64,000 nucleotides of DNA from the human T2T-CHM13v2.0 reference genome, Homo sapiens. Of this stretch, positions 63,078 through 64,000 are shown in pieces. The notes under the pieces were generated by a model. That model was given only the letters and a program-made list of their open reading frames with translations, searched no databases and was not told where the DNA came from. How positions within the stretch are numbered: the first letter of the stretch is position 1; each line of letters opens with the position of its first letter. A program made the translations under genes and the position numbers. The stretch is from NCBI RefSeq assembly GCF_009914755.1, contig NC_060930.1; one strand, 5' to 3'.

Positions 63078-63410
63078 GTTATCAGTTCATATAGGCTAGC
63101 TTATACTGTGTTAACAAATAACCACTTAATTGCAGTAGTTTTACACAACAAACTTTATTTCTTGTCCTGCTACATGTCCATTGTGGGTTGGCCAGAGGCT
63201 GAGAGTGCTCCATGTCGACTGCACTCCATGATACAGGCTGACACAACAGCTACCAACGGGTTTCTGCTTGTCAAGAGAGAGGCAAAGAGAGCTTTGTAGG
63301 GTGCTGCATGGGCAATGGAGGTTCTGCTCCTCACAACTGATTGACCAGGAGTTGTCACATGGCCTTAACCAGGCACAAGAAGGCAAGCAAGTACAATCCT
63401 ACCATGTTTT
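63078..63410 (-). mobile_element. MLT1I/J-like MaLR LTR
   Basis: Contains 'ataggctagcttatactgtgttaacaaataacc...gtcacatggcc...aagtacaatcctaccatg'. Confidence 0.75.
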
Positions 63411-63570
63411 CAAAACTGAGATTGAATTTCATTAAATTGTTGAAAAATAAATTACAGATGACTAAGGAACTACAATAAGAGTTGCAGCTTTTACAACAGG
63501 TACACTAAAAATGAGAAAACTCAAGTTCAGGAATGCTTTGAGCCTGGTCCAAAGACAATCAGCTCATCAG

Positions 63571-64000
63571 TGTGCAAAAGAAAATAAAATCTCAGGACCC
63601 CCAAACTTGCTATGCCAAGGGGAAAAGTTAAGCCTGGGAACTGAGTCATTCAACCCTTCCATTCTTCTTTCTCTAAACATATAGCTGTAACTTCACAACT
63701 CTGTTTCATAGCAGTATACATAAGCCAGTTTCCCACAACATCAAAGGACCTTATACCTATCCATGTGGACACCCTCACAAATTGCTCGCAAGGAAATTCC
63801 TTGCTGGCCCCTGGATCCTTTCAGGATACATAGCCTCTTATAAAGCAAACACATGCCAGTTGTAACCTTAAGTCTGCAGCCTGAGTTAAACTTCTCAAAC
63901 TGAGTTCTGTTAGACTCACACTGACAGTGTCCATTAAGAGCTTATGTTGCCAGGTAGCAAACAAGGACAAGATGAGATCAATCACTCTTCCACCTACCCT
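63571..64000 (+). mobile_element. MER4-group ERV1 LTR, running off the window end
   Basis: Starts 'tgtgcaaaagaaaataaaatctcaggacccccaaac...aaagttaagcctgggaactg' and contains 'aattgctcgcaaggaaattccttg'. Confidence 0.75.

Overview
Primate (human-like) non-coding genomic DNA, either intergenic or deep-intronic. It is AT-rich, CpG-depleted and dominated by interspersed repeats: Alu (S and Y), young and old L1, L2, MIR, many solo LTRs (THE1, MLT1, LTR7B/HERV-H, MER4, LTR9, MER34, LTR16A and others), ERVL internal remnants, and DNA-transposon MITEs (MADE1, Tigger4a/MER46A, MER3, MER58A, MER115, MER5). I cannot support any protein-coding exon, RNA gene, CpG island or prokaryote-type system. The supplied ORFs are chance frames or repeat-derived. 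I found no new biological system. The best observations are a textbook twin-primed, 5'-inverted L1PA with TSD and priming microhomology; a 3 kb cluster of solo LTRs (LTR7B, MER4E, LTR9) carrying KLF and octamer motifs; a long fossil L2 with several nested insertions; a close inverted Alu pair; small template-switch and duplication scars; and two candidate enhancers inferred from motifs only. Repeat names come from remembered consensus sequences and need RepeatMasker/Dfam confirmation. Boundaries of old elements are approximate.
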